A stretch of DNA of 64,000 nucleotides from assembly GCA_028534125.1 (NCBI GenBank), contig CM052816.1, positions 88,538,001 to 88,602,000 of the forward strand, written 5' to 3'. Position 1 is the stretch's first letter; every line of letters starts with the position of its first letter. This DNA comes from Lama glama. Lineage: Eukaryota. The notes under the pieces were generated by a model that searched no databases, was not told the origin of the DNA, and was given only the letters and a program-made list of their open reading frames with translations. Positions 40,171-54,247 of the stretch are shown here, piece after piece. The position numbers and the translations under genes were made by a program.

Positions 40171-40369
40171 AATTTCTGTTAGAATGTCATGTGACTACAT
40201 TAGATATATAAATGGATGTGACATAATAGCAGAATATTAGAAAACTTGCTGCTAATCAAGTATCTGATGGAGTATAAACACACAACCTTGTGAATGTTTT
40301 ATATATGTGTGTGTCATAATATTATATGTATTTTATATTTAATGTATATTATATATTATATGCTTATAT

Positions 40370-41600
40370 TACCTTATATTTTTAATATATGCTTTTGGGG
40401 GTATAATTTGTTTAATTACTGTCTTAGATGTATTCTACAATTTCTGAAATTCTATATACCAGTTAAATGTATGTATCAATTTATATGATTTTAATTTATT
40501 CTTTATATTTTCTGATTAGCTAATTGTCTATAATATGCCATCCAATTTCCAAACAGTTGCTCTTTTTTCAGTTATCTTTTGTAACTGATTTCTAGCTCAA
40601 TGTCATTTGTGTCAGAAACATACTGTTTATGATTTCAAATTTTTGAAATTTAAGAATTTCTTTATACACAAGCTTGTGCTCTAATTTTATAAATAACAAT
40701 GTAATCAATGAATAACTTACTATAAATCGTCTTTTTAGAAATCAAAAATAAAAAGAGATACGAAGCATATTAAAATAACATTGAGTGTGTGTATAGAACT
40801 CTATGTAAATTACTTGATGATATACATCCCCAGGGTAGAACACATTGCTTTATTAATATACTTTTCATGCAATAAAGAACACACACTAAAATTAGATGTT
40901 TTGTGGGATTTCATTGCACTATGTTCAGAAAGTATAATTGGGATTACTGGTACTTGTTTTAAGGAATTTAAGGGCTTAAGGTTTTAGAGCAGTTTATTGT
41001 TAAATTTTCAATATATTATATGAACACGTGAAAAGATGTTTTCCTTTAATTGTGGCACAATTTAAAATGTGTATATTTGTTTAGAGACATTACATGTATT
41101 ATTTAGTTCATTTTTTCTCCTTCCATTATTTTATTTTAGTGTTCTGATATAGAATAGGTAATTACTGAATCTTGACTTTGGTGTCTTTTGCCCATTTTAA
41201 TTTGCTTTATGTATTTTGTTGTTATTAAAAGTATTTAATACAAAACATTGTTATCCATTATATCTGCATTATAAAATCTATTGTAAAATATTTGAAAGTT
41301 TAAGTTTCTATAGTTGCGTTTTCCCCTTAATGTTATATTAAATTAATAATCTGTCTCCATCTTATACTCATAATTTTCTGTCCTATATTTTTTCGTACAT
41401 TTACTTTCTTCTGCAAGTGTATATGGAATATTTAAATGTAAGTTTTTTATATCTAAATGAATGTATCTCATTAAAATTACTTCTTTAAGATGTATATTTG
41501 GTATTATTGCTATTGTCTTACTTTGTTTTTCATTTCCTTAGATTGTTACTTCGATTTATCTTTATTTTCTATATTTAGGCACATACTCTGCATTTCCTTC
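40370..41600 (-). mobile_element. Ancient L1 ORF2 fragments
   Basis: 'actgatttctagctcaatgtcatttgtgtcagaaacatactgtttatgatttcaaatttttgaaattt' is an antisense L1 ORF2 motif. Boundaries are approximate. Confidence 0.55.
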
Positions 41601-42124
41601 CTGTCTTTCTCATCTCACATCTCACTCATAACGGTCCACTGGGTCTCTTCCTATCAGTCCCTCAATTTTCTGGAGTTACTGGTGTCTCCCTTTCTATTTT
41701 CTGAGGGCCTTGGAAAGTTGGCCTCAGCTGGGCTGTTGGTAATATCAGTTGTTGGATTTGCTCGCCACATCTTCTCAGTTATTGACTTGAAAGTACTGTG
41801 CGAGGATTTATTTTATTCTGTAAAAGGGCACTGGATAAGCATTCAATTTGGGATGAACTCCTGAGTTTTTGCCAATGATAGTGGCTATTTGATATTTATA
41901 TCCTCCCATTGTCAACATGTAACCACAAACAGCTCTTCTCTCCTCACTCATCAAAACAGACAGAGACAGAAAAAAAAAAAAAGGACTGTTTCTGGTTTTA
42001 GTGACAGCAAAAGATAAATGCATGGAGATTTGGGGGGCATTTTTCTTTTAATAACATCTTCTTATTAGGACTCGCTGTATTTGTTTAGTACTGTTTTTCT
42101 TGTTTTATCAATATTTCATATCAT

Positions 42125-44047
42125 TTTATTGGAGAGGGTAGAGTAGGCTATTTTATAATAAATATGTTTCAAAATATCAGTGGATTAGCACAGTAAGGTT
42201 CTGTCTCTCATTCATATCACAGTCTTGTGCAGGCTGGCCCTTCCTTATTGGTGACTTGGTAGTCAGGCCATTTCATCATGCAGGTGTAGATCTGGAACAC
42301 TCAGAACCCAAGCTCCCTGCTGAAGGGCAAAAGAGGAAGGAGACTGTTGTACAATGGGCCAGACCTGCAAGTGTTTTATATCACACATGCCTATATCCTA
42401 CTAATCAGAATTTAATCATATGGTCCTGGACCTAACTACAAGAAACATGTGAACGGTCAGATTTTTATATGCCCAAGAAGACAGTGGTTTGAATATATCT
42501 TATTATCTTTGACAGAGCATTTGGTTACCATAATTTTAGTCTACTTTCACACATAGAACATTCTCATGCCTTCCTGAGAGAGACAATATGAATTTCCATC
42601 TGGTCAATGATGATTATTCAGATTCCATGTTTCTAGGCACCATCAGATCCAGATGTGACTCCCTTTATTGCAATTTATCATCCCCTCTCCAGCACTCACA
42701 CCCATTAGGCAGTGATGGAGAAGGCACAGGGTACACACAATAATCGCCCCCATTTGGAAAGGTAAAGAATGGGAGGCATATAATAGTGATCAGAAAACAA
42801 CCATGTAAATCCCACTGGGAAGAGATCCTAATAAACCTCTCAGACACATAAAACGCAAGTGAAGGAATTACCTTGATTAAACTCTGATTCTGCTCACTGG
42901 AAGAAACCCCTTGTCCTCTGCTCTCTGTGAATTCTGCCTCTGAACTCTTAGAACTCCTTGTTCATTACTCTCCTTGGCCATATCTGAGCTGGGGGATGGT
43001 AACCATGTACTCTTTGAGGGGTCTATAATGAGTCTTTCTTCTCCTAAATGAAGGTAGGGGCCCAAAGTGCTAAAAATTTTGAATATTTAAAGTTTTTTCT
43101 GTATGCACTAATGGTTTCTTCAGTAAACATGCAAAAACGTAAACTGCTGATCCATTTGTTTCTGTCACCTCAAATGACTGTTTGGACAGAGATGTCAAGT
43201 GTATTTTACTTTCCTGCTTTCTGGTCCCATGACACTCTCATTTTCTGCTAAACAAACAAACAAACAAACAAAACACAAGCAGCTATCTGGAAAAAAAATT
43301 AATGGGAGGGCCATCTTTAACATGGTTATTTTTCCTGGGTTACTTTGTTAAACCAAGATTCTTTCACTGGCCTCTTTTTTTTCCCCATAAAACTTCTATA
43401 AAATTCCATTTCAGAAACATTCTTCCTCACTCTTGGGAAGCCTTGAATTTGTAGAGTACCTCTTATCCTTCTTATATCTTTAAAAATTCTGCCAATGGCT
43501 TCAAACACGTACTATCTTCCCTAATTCTCCAAGTCTTGTAAGCACGAAATCGGCCTTTAAATTTGCAGCAGGTGCCTTTTATACTTTTAGTCTCTTGCGT
43601 TTATTGCCTCGTTTCCCCTCTAGTAGGTGTTACCTTGCTGCTTGAATATAACAAAAAACATTTTGAGATATAGTTTAATTTTTTTAATAGTGCAGCACCC
43701 CACCTCTGTATCAATTTATTTACTGATTAGAATAGAATCGACTTTCCTATGATAAGAAACTTCCATCTCCCAGTGTCTTAATTCATTCGAATTTTATTTA
43801 TTAACTCCCTCATTGTTTACACAGCTGCCCTCTCTTAAATGATGATTCGGTGACTTCCTTCTTACTGCTGTGCTCCCTCACGTGGTGCTTCCAAGAAACC
43901 AAGGAAAGAGAAGAGGGACCAGAAGCAGCGCATATTTAATTTCCCAGAACCTAGTTGCATGGCTTCCAAACTGACTTCAAGGGGAGGCTTGACAATGTGA
44001 TTTTCCTGCACTCCCAAGGGGACAAGTGTGATGAATTCTCTGCCAAA
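42125..44047 (-). mobile_element. Older MaLR provirus (MLT1J/K/L-like): LTR (~42125-42517), internal region (~42518-43715), LTR (~43716-44047)
   Basis: Two degenerate homologous LTRs (catatggtcctggacctaactacaag / gcatggcttccaaactgacttcaagggg). The internal region is MLT-int-like and ends 'gcagcaccccacctctgtatcaatt'. Confidence 0.7.
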
Positions 44048-46019
44048 CCTGCTTCTTGTGACAGTCAGTTAGCATTGGAGAATCACAATAATTTTTGTTC
44101 CTTTATCTGCTTTAACCTAAAGTAAGGGGAAAAAAAATCCTTTGCAATTTTTTCAACTCCTTGCTAGCCATTACTCATCCATATATGAGTAGATGAGTTT
44201 CCTATTATTGAAGTAAATTATGTATCAATGTCCTTAGACCAACTATCCTTAACTCAATATTCCCTTAAGTATGTTTGAGTTTAGTAGAAGGCATAAAGCA
44301 ATTTTGCAAATTCTAAGTTATCTAAATTATCACTGACTTATGTGACTTATGTTAGAGAACACTTATGAAATATAAAGTAAAAGTGTTTTACTTTATTTGT
44401 TTAACCAAATTTTATACATTTTTAACCCCTTGTGACAATTTCCAGGTATAACTATTATTCTGCTATTATTTGTCCATAATGCCACCCACAAAATTTATCC
44501 AATTTTACTCTTACCAGATGTTTTCAAAAACATTTTCATAGGTCATAGGGGCCTAATTCAATATCCTGTTTTAAAACTTGACCCAGCTGGTTGAAAAATG
44601 TACTTTTTCTAACTAATTATGTCTAGTCTATTCAGAAGTGTGGTCGCTTTAATTAGATAACTGAAATAATGACTTTCTCTTCTCTTTGTTAGTTCCAAGA
44701 TACTCTACGACTTGCGTGACCTGTTAGCTAATTTTTAAAAATCTCCTGTGCCTGTGGGAATTGCCACTTTCCTTCTTGTCTTTGAGATTCTATCTGAAGA
44801 TGTTCACACATGAAGACCAATAGGTAAATTCTTCAAAGGCCAATGCATATTTTTCCTAAAACTTTATTTTACCAAAAAAATCTTATCACTTCTCTAACAA
44901 TCTTATCACATAAGGTGATGTGTTAAACTTTAAAACAAGATTGATTTTTGTCATGGGCTTAATGACAAAATATTTATGCAAACTTGTACTTTCCGTTGGA
45001 TGCCAAGGTGACAGGAAAACATCATTCTCCTCTTTGAATTTAGAATATGTCTCTTTAGATATTTTTTCTTTAGCCAGAACATGAGAAAATTGCTTCTCTT
45101 TGGGTAAAATGTAAAAACAATACAGAGTTATTACTTTTTCCTACCCTGGCAATGAAGCCTTTATGCACACACAGCACTCTTTGTTTTGCTATTCTAATTA
45201 AGATGATATGAGCAACATTTATTAATTTGATGTGATGATCATAACTTGGATGGTAAATAGAGAGTCGCTTATTCATTTTATTAACAATTGTTGACATAAA
45301 TATAAATTATGGACAGCTTTATCTGAATAATAAATATTTAAGTAATTATACAGATTCTATTTATAATTTAGGCATATTCTGTTAACGCGAGTGACAACTG
45401 CAATCTCATTTTGGGGTTATATTACTAAAACGTAATTTAAATTGGGTATCTTATGTTGTTTTCAGAAATGGCAATTTTCTGTACAAATGACTACCCCATT
45501 ACTACTGTGCTTTCTAGGTAACCCTAGGACAGTTCTAGGCTTAGCCATTTTACTATTATTTTATAATACAATGATGTTTCTTTTAGTTTGCTGAAACCTG
45601 AGTTCTTTCAATTAGAAGTAAATTATTTTGAATTTGTGCGAACATTTTCTCCAGGTTTTATATGTGCCTTCATGTTAATCCATGTCCGATTTTGTAATTT
45701 GTAAGGCTCTGCTTAAAATGAAAAATTGAGATTCCTTCAAAAAGTAGGAAAACACCAAGAAGAAAGTGTCATTAAAGGTACTACAGTATCTTATTTTTCC
45801 AGTGTCTCTCTCAGCTTGTAATGGTAATTTTTGCTACTTAATGTCATTCTAAGTAAAGAAAAACATTACTTTTAAATTTATTACCAAGATTTTGTCATCC
45901 ATCTTTAAAAGTGAATTGTCCTTTTTTAATACAGTGAGGTAACCACAAGACCAGTGGCAACATTGCACACAACTTTCTCGACTGTTTTTCATTCACCTCA
46001 TGATAGGTGCCCACTCTAC

Positions 46020-49000
46020 CAGCACAACGTTGTGCAGCAGACCTCTAGAACGTTTTTATCTTGCATAACTGAAACTTCACAGTCATGGAAGAGAAACTCC
46101 CCATCGCCCTTTCCCTGGAGCCTCTGGCAACACCATTCTACACTCCGGGTGTGAGTTTGACTGCTTTAGTTACCTCATGTAAGTGAAATCTTGCAATGTT
46201 TGTCCCTCTCCTTCTGGCTTACTCCACTTAGCACAATGTCACCAGGTAAATCCATGTTGCTGCATATAGCAGAATTTCTTTCTTTTTATGGTTGAATAAT
46301 ATTCTACTGTATGTATATACCAAACTTGCCTTATTTGTCTGTGGAAATTTAGGTTGTTTCTTTCCTTTTGCCATTGTGAATAAAGCTGTGATGAACAGGG
46401 GAATATAAATATATCTCTTCAAGGTCCTGATTTCAATATTTCAGGTATATCCTCATATGTGAGACTGCTGGATCTTATAGCAGTTCGGTTTTTAATTTTT
46501 TGAGGCATCTCCATACTCTTTTTCCATAGTAGTTGCACCAATTTATAATCCCAGAAACAGTATTCAAGGGTTTCTTTTCATTTATATCCTTGTTAACATT
46601 TATCTTTTGATTTCTTGATAATGACCATCCTAACAGGTGTGAGCTGAAATGTCATTGTAGTTTTGATTTACATTTCCCTGATGAGCAGTGATATTGAGTA
46701 CCTTTTCTAATACCATTTTATGTTTTCCTTGGAGAAATGTGTATTCGAGTCCTTTGCTCATTTTTAATTAAGGATTTTTTTTTTGCTGTTTTGCTTTTTG
46801 TGTTTTTTTTATTTTGTTTGTTTTTGTTTGTTTTTTGCTATTGAGTTTAAAATTTTCTTGTATTTTGAGGGTACTAATGTCTTATGAGATATTTAATTTA
46901 TGTATATTTTCTCCCATTCTATAGGTCGCCTTTCTACTCTGCTGATTGTTTTCTTTGCTGTGCAGAAATTTTTTTCCTGATGTAATTTTTTCTGATGAAT
47001 TTTTTTTAATGTAGTCCCATTCTTTCTACTTTTGTTGCCTGCGCTTTTGATATCATATCCAAAAAATATACATATTGCCAAGAATAATGCTGTGAAGTTT
47101 TTCTCCTAAGTTTCTTCTAAGATTATTAGATTTTCAGGTCTTCCATTTAAGTCTTTAATCCATTTTGGATTTATTTTTGTGCATGGTGCAAGATAAAAGT
47201 TCAATTTTAAACTCTGGTATGTGGATACTCAGTTTTCCCAGTTTCAACCATTTGTTGGAAAGACTATCCTCTCCCATTGTATATCATTGACACACTTGAT
47301 GAAGACCAGCTGTCCATACACACATGGGCTCTTGTATGATTAGGTGACCAAGATGCCTGTTCTCTTGCTCTCTGTACATCCCCTACTCAACCAGTCCCAG
47401 ATTCCGCAACACTCTACTCAGTTACCTGACTGACCTTCCCTCTTAATCATAGAGCCTAGTCAGTAAATGCCTAAATAATTGTCCCTCACCACCCCCACCT
47501 CTGCTAGTGATTGTCTAATCTTTATTATAATCTGAATCTCCACTATGAGTTTATCAAAGGGAACTGCTCCTCCAGTGGTTTCACTGGTAACTGATGAGCC
47601 AATCTGACATCAATTCCCTTCAAAACTAAACTGGGAACCTCCCTATAATGAAGACTGCTGCCACGTTCTGCCTGCTGTCTGTGGTCCGAGGTGGGGTGTC
47701 ACTCCAGGAAACTTTTTTGCATCAGACATGTAAGATTGTCTATCCATTAAACTACTGATGTCTCTCTCTGTGACTCTGGGCTCTTACTTCAGTCTAGAGC
47801 CTGGGCAGGTTCAGGGCTTCCAGGCTTGTGGGGTGCAACCCCAAATCTATTTTTTTCATTGGTCTTTAAGTCTGTTTTTACGCTAACATTATGTTGTTTG
47901 GATTACTGTAGTTTTGTCATATATTTTGAAATTAAGAAGTTTGATGCCTTTAGCTTTGCTATTCCTTCTCAGTATTGCTTTGACTATTTGTGTGTGTGTT
48001 TGTGTTTTTTGTGGTTCCATATAAATTTTAATCTTTTTTTTGCTTTCTGTAAAAATTATCATTGGGATTTTGATAGGGATTGTATTGAATCTATAGATCA
48101 CTTTGGATAGTATAGGTATTTTAACTATATTAAGTTATCCAATTATAGAACAAAGGATGTCTATTTATTTAATTTTTCATAATTTTTTTGTAGTTTTTAG
48201 TGTACAAGTCTCACTTCCTTGATTAAGTTTATTGCTAAGTATTTTATTCTTTTTGGTGCTTGTATAAATGGGATTGTTTTCTTAACATATGTCATTGCAA
48301 ACAGAAAAAAAATTATTTCTTCATTTTTTGTTGGATTTCTTTTATTTTTTCTACCTAATATCTCTGGTTACAACTTCAAGCACTATGTTGAATAGAAGTA
48401 GTAAGAGTGGGCATCCCTGACTTGTTCCTAACATTAAAGGAAAAACTTCCAGTTTTTCACATTTGATTATAATGCTAGCTGTGGGCTTTTCACACATGAC
48501 TTTTATTATGTTCATGCAAATTCCTTCTCTACCTAGTTTGTTGACTTTTCGTTATGAAACAGTGTTGAATTTTGCCAAATTCTTTTTCTGCATCTACTGA
48601 AGGTACCATGTGATTTTTATTCTTCTTTTAACGTAGTGTATCACTTCAATTTAATAGCCTTAATTAAAAGATCCTTGCATCCTAGCGATAAATCCCACTT
48701 GATCATGGAGCAAGATCCTTTTAATGTACTGCTAAATTTGGTTTGCTAGTATTTTGCTGAGGATTTTTGCATTTATGTTCATTAGACATATTGGCCTACA
48801 ATTTTATCATAGTCTGGTATCTGGGTAATTCTGAACTCTTCAAATGAGTTTGGAAGTATTCCCTCCACTTCAATTTTTTTGGTTAGTTAATTTTTTCTTT
48901 CAATATGTGGTATAATTCACTAGCCAAACTATCTAGGCTTTTTTAGTGGAAGCTTTTAATTACTAAATTCAATCTCCTTTTTTATTGGTCTGTTCAGATT

Positions 49001-51087
49001 TTCTATTTCTTCATGATTCAGTTTTGGTAAGTTTTCTGTTTCTAAGGAATTTATCCATTTTTTTCTAGGTTGTCCAATTTTTGGCATCTGACTATTCATA
49101 GTAGTCTCTTATGATCCTTTTTCACTTCTGTGATATCACTTGTAATGTCTCCCCTTTATTTTTTATTTTATTTATTTGATTTTCTTTTCTTTTTTAACTT
49201 AGTGTAACAAAAGATTTGTCAATTTTGTTTCTTTTCATTGATTTTTTTCTTTTGTTTTTCTATTCTCTGTTTAAGTCTGCTCTAATATTTATTATTTCCT
49301 TCTATCTGCTAATTTGGGATTGGATTGTTCTTTTTCTAGTTCTTTGAGGCACAAAGTTAGGTTAAGATCTTATTAATATATTACCAATTTGGTGTACAGA
49401 CTTCTCTTTTAGTCCGTTTTTGCTGCGTCACAAAAGTTTTGGTATATTTTGTTTGTATTTTTATTTGTCTCTAGGTATTTTCTTATTTCCTTTTGATATC
49501 TTTTTGAATTCATTGGTTGCCCCAGATCATATTTGATTTCCACATATTTGTGAATTTTTCAGTTTTCTTTCTGTCATTGATCTAGTTTCATTATGTTATG
49601 TTCAGAAAGATACTTGGTATAATTTCATATTTGTTAAATTTGTTATTACTTATTTTGTTTAACTTGTGGTCTGGAGACTATTCTAAATGTACTTGAGAAT
49701 AATATATATCCTGTTGCTCTTGGATGAAATGTTCTATATATATCTATTTAGTTCCTATGGTCTATACTGTTGTTCATCATGTGTTTAATGGGTTGGACTT
49801 TATGAATCTGGATATTGATTTTTCTCCCCATGTGTGGGAAATTTGGGGCTTATTTCTTTAAATAAGCTTCCGGCCCCTTTATCTCCTCTTTCCTCTTTTG
49901 AACTTCCCATAATCATCTCATGATGTCTTATAAGTCCCTTAGGGGCTTTTCTCACTCTTTTATTTTTATTTATTTATTTGCTCCCCTCACCGGCTAACTT
50001 GCTGATTATTTTTTCTGCTTGATCAAGTCACCTTTTGAATCCTATTAGTGAATTTTTCAGTTTAGCTATTGTATTTTTCAATTCCAGAATTTGTTTTATT
50101 CTTTTTATAGTTTCGACCTCTTTGTAAATATTCTCATTTTGCTGATATATAATTTTACTAATTTCATTTAGGTACTTTGATCTCTTGTAATATGATTATT
50201 TTTGAATTTTTTTTTAGATAATTCACAGATCTACATTTCTTTAGGGTCAGTTACTAGAGTTTTTTTGATTTTTTTTTCATTGGTTTTCCTGATTCATCAT
50301 GTACCTTGTAGTTTTGCATTTTTATCAACATTTTTGAAGAAACCCTCACCTACTTCACTTTTCATATACTGGTTTTAATAGGCAAACACCTTCACCAGTT
50401 AGTCTGGCTAGAGATTCTGGGAGTCTCTCAAATAATTTCTATAGATATGTCTTCTATGAACTTGAGCATGTAGTTAATTAAAGGAATTTGTTGGCTTCTT
50501 TCTTTTCTTTTTTTTGGGAGTTTGTAATCTCTTGCTCCATCTGGCATCTGACTACTGTGTCACAAGCCAGAATGTTGGAGGCTTGCTACACTTCTCCTTC
50601 TCCCTCCTGGGGTAGAAGTCTCAGGTTTTTCATCTTTCCTCAATCAGGCAGAGCCAAACAGGCTGCACAAATGCCCACCCACTTCCTTTGTTTTAGCTAC
50701 CCCTAGGTGCCCACTCTATGCCAGTTACATCAGCCCTCCACTTGGGTGGAGTGAGACAAAAGAAACTCCCTCCGGGAGAGCACTGAAAGGCCTAGGACAT
50801 TAGATGCACACTCCACGCTCTCCTCCACTAGCCCCAGGGAGAAATTTTGCAGGCAATGCTGATGTCTCTCACTGAGCTGGTGCAGGGCAGGAGATGAGGT
50901 GAGAGAGGGACATTGTTCTTATCAGCTTCAGCGCTATTCTCAGTTTTGTGTTCATCTATGACACTACAAATTCTTAACTGAAATCTGGGCCTTTCATAAA
51001 GTATTTTGGTCTATGTATTGTAGTTAATTTAGTGTTTCTAGGGAAGAACTAGGGTGGGGACTTCCTATTCCACCATCTTGCTCTCTT
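46020..51087 (-). mobile_element. ~5-kb L1 (L1MA/L1MB age) with 5'UTR, partial ORF1, most of ORF2 and partial 3'UTR; decayed and internally deleted
   Basis: Minus-strand ORF fragments resemble L1 ORF2: [12 protein letters not shown]...[21 protein letters not shown] (47889-48101), FCTAKKTISRVERRPIEWEKI (46893-47081) and PLFITALFTMAK (46228-46422). The 5' terminus reads caagatggtggaataggaag on the minus strand near 51080. Confidence 0.9.
47333..47845 (+). mobile_element. ERV1-class solo LTR inserted in L1 ORF2
   Basis: Interrupts contiguous L1 text (...gggctct | ctatt...cattggtc). Starts with tg and contains 'attaaactactgatgtctct...ctgggcaggttcagggcttccaggcttgtggggtgcaacccc'. Confidence 0.8.
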
Positions 51088-51139
51088 CAGAGATCAAAGT
51101 GAGAATGATTTTTGTAAAAAGTCTTCATTTTCTCACCTC

Positions 51140-51700
51140 CTGTCTTCTTGCAATAACTCATTGCAATATATGCAACTCTGTGTCACTGCTCCACTGAAGC
51201 TACTCCTTCTCAAAGATTCAATAACTTTTAAATTGGAAAATAATGTCTATATTAGTGCATTGATTTTTCTAGACCTCCCATATGTGAATGAAAATAACAA
51301 TCACCTTCACTGTGAAATTTTTAACTTTCTGTTTTTGGGCTTTGATTTGGTCCTCAGCAAACCCTAAATCTCACGTACCACACACTTCCTGCTGAAGTTC
51401 TTCTGTCTCCCTGTACTTAAATTTTGGAGGTTTTATCTCTTCTCATAGTTCAACTATTACAACATCTAATGAATCTATCCGCATTTATGTCCCTTAGACA
51501 CTTACATATTAATGTATCAAAAAATTAAACCATTCTGCTTCCACACATCTCTTTACATTTCTCCCTCATCTCTATATACAGTGATGAAAGACCATATCAC
51601 TTGACTCCCAAACTAGCTATAAATAGTGAGCTAAACTATGACATCACTTACCAGGATTGATTTTGCTTCCTAATTTTATGTGCATTTAATATTGGATAAA
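51140..51700 (+). mobile_element. L2 fragment
   Basis: 'cactgctccactgaagctactccttctcaaagattcaataactt' and 'atgtatcaaaaaattaaacca' are L2 ORF2-like. Confidence 0.55.
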
Positions 51701-53326
51701 TGTCCATTTCTATTTTAGTATCTTATCTTGCTTTTACTAGGTTTACAGTACTACTATTTGATATCAATAATTTAAGAATAATTGCAATGTTTACTATTTT
51801 GTATTATTTTTTAATTACCATAAACATATTTATTACTATTCTTAATATAATATTTTCTAAATATTCAGGATTGTCACATCAAATGTATATTTTAATTGAT
51901 TTTTTATTTAAAAGCTTGATTATTTTAATGAGAGCTTTACTAATACTTTAAATGGTACTGATGGCACATCTCACCTTTATTTCTCTAATCGCTAATTGCA
52001 AAACTTAAGAGTTTGAGATCAATTTATTTGTTTTTTTCCTGACATTGGAATACTAACAGACATGATCCTTATATCACCCCCACCAAAAAAAAGAAGGAAA
52101 GAAAATTAAGTTAATAAAAGTAGTATGAGACTGCTGTTATCTCAAACTAGTTGTGTAATACTTACTGTCCTTTTGACCTAAGAAATCAAGTAAACTCTCA
52201 GACTTCAAAGTAAACCCTAAAAAAGAAAAGAAAACACCTCCAAATAAAATAAAAATACTTTCTCATCTACCTTTAACCTCCCCTACTCACTGGTCTTAGC
52301 AACCAAAAGTAAATATTGAAAATCATCCATCAAAATATTCATAAATGCATGTGCAATTTGAAATCAGACAGCCTTACCAGTAGCCTATATGTGGAAGTCT
52401 GGCTTTGTAATAAAATAAATCCCTTATGATCTGTGCATATGTTTTCTATTGCAAATCAACTCTATGTAACACAAAAATGACAATATTTACTGCTCCACTG
52501 GTGGTGGCATTCCTAAAATGGAAAATAAAGATCTAGAAATGTTTCTAAAACTTCATCTGAAAGTGATATACCTAGGTATCAGATTTGCATAACCAGTGGA
52601 AAAATGTGCAGACCTTGGAAAATCAAGCATAATTTTTGCTTGGAGTCAGAGATAAGAGCAATCAGGAAATGTAAACCAAAGCAAAAATGTCTTTCTGAGA
52701 GAAGAACTATAAACTAGTTATGAAACTGAATAGAAAATTATTCTATTTTCTATTTCAACCATGTCATGACTAAAGACCAAAAGGGAACTTGCCTTTTGGG
52801 CACCTCAAAATTAATACTACTTGAAAATATCATGAAACAACAAACTATGTCAGATATGTTCTGGATATGTTCTAGATTAGCAGAGATTTGGAGTGGAAAA
52901 CATTGGAAAGCAAATTAAGCAGTCACTGTGGAAATGCCTTGCGGATAAGCAATGGACATGGGAGGGGTGCAGAAGTAAGCTGTAGCATTACTAATAAGAA
53001 TACAAGCTAATTCCCTAAAGTTTGCCAGAAAAAATGGATATATATTATACTACCAGATATCTTATTTAATCTGTAAATTAAAGGGAATTGATTAGGTATA
53101 TTTTGCAGGGATAGTCATTGCTTTCTTTCTAATAACAAAATACTGGAAACCAAAATTGTCAACAATAAAGGAATGGTTGTTAATGATGAGCTAAGGAGGA
53201 AAACATTCTTTTATGTAGTTACTAACAGAATATGTATCCTGACATAAAAGTCTCTCCAGTGTATTTTTTCAAGTAAAAAAATAAAATTAACCCTCTGCAC
53301 AGTATAAAATTTATGTGTAATTGTTA

Positions 53327-53467
53327 AGTCAGCCTTTCATATTTGAGATTCTGCATCCACAGATACAACCAGCCCCCCCCAGAGGTTATAACTCTAGTAC
53401 TTACTGAAAAAATACTGTGTAAAATGGACTTATGCAATTCAAACCCGTGTTGTTCAATGGTCAACTG
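53327..53467. mobile_element. Short TcMar-Tigger element (Tigger2/MER8-like)
   Basis: 'agtcagcctttcatatttgagattctgcatccacagatacaacc...caattcaaacccgtgttgttcaatggtcaactg', flanked by TA. Confidence 0.75.
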
Positions 53468-53639
53468 TAAATGACAAATTTATACAAATAATAATCTTAT
53501 ATATATGCAAATATAGTCTCATTTAAACATTCATATAGAAATAGTATTTGTAACACACGTAGATAACATATTCTTATGGAAAAAGTGAGTATTTTACAGA
53601 TACATGCTTGTGTTTGTGTTTATGTGGGTGAAATCATTT

Positions 53640-54247
53640 TTGAAAATAAACCACTCACAAAAAATGGGCCAAAATTCAACGAGATACTTCATAAAATAAG
53701 ATATATAGATTGCTAATAATTATATAAAAAGAGAATTAACATCATTCTTCAAGTAAATATGAATTAAAGCCACATTAGGCTAACACTACATGTCCAATAG
53801 CATGACTAAAGTGCAAAAGAAAGACAATATTAAATGTTAACAAGAATGTGAAAGATACTTGCACTATGACAGATTGCTTACGGGAGTGTAAATTTGTTAA
53901 AGTGCTCTCTGAAATAGTTCAGCCATTACTTAGAAAGTTAAAGCTACACTTACCTATGATACAGTACTCTCACTCATAAGTGTTTATGAAACATAAGTCC
54001 CATCATACAAATATCTGTACAAGAATATTCATGTTAATCTTAGTCATACCTTTTGATGGGCACCTGGGATGTTTCCAGTATTTGGAGTATGACTAAGATA
54101 CACAAAGGTGGTATATTAACAACAATGAACACTACTCAGCAGTAAAAAGGAACACGTTTCTGTTATGTGCAACAACATGAGTAAATGTAATGAAAGATTC
54201 TGTACATAAAAATTTCTATACTCCATTTACATGAAGTTTTATTAGAG
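53640..54247 (+). mobile_element. Old L1 (L1MB/L1ME) ORF2 end and 3'UTR, containing a micro-inversion
   Basis: 'aaaaatgggccaaaattcaacgagatacttcataaaataagatatatag...gggagtgtaaatt...cacttacctatga...actactcagcagtaaaaaggaac'. Confidence 0.8.

Noticed and set aside
46228..48101. Minus-strand ORFs with protein-like sequence
   Set aside because: They are frameshifted remnants of L1 ORF2, not host genes.
52729..52754. Short hairpin aatagaaaat-N6-attttctatt
   Set aside because: A 10-bp AT-rich inverted repeat is expected by chance in this composition.
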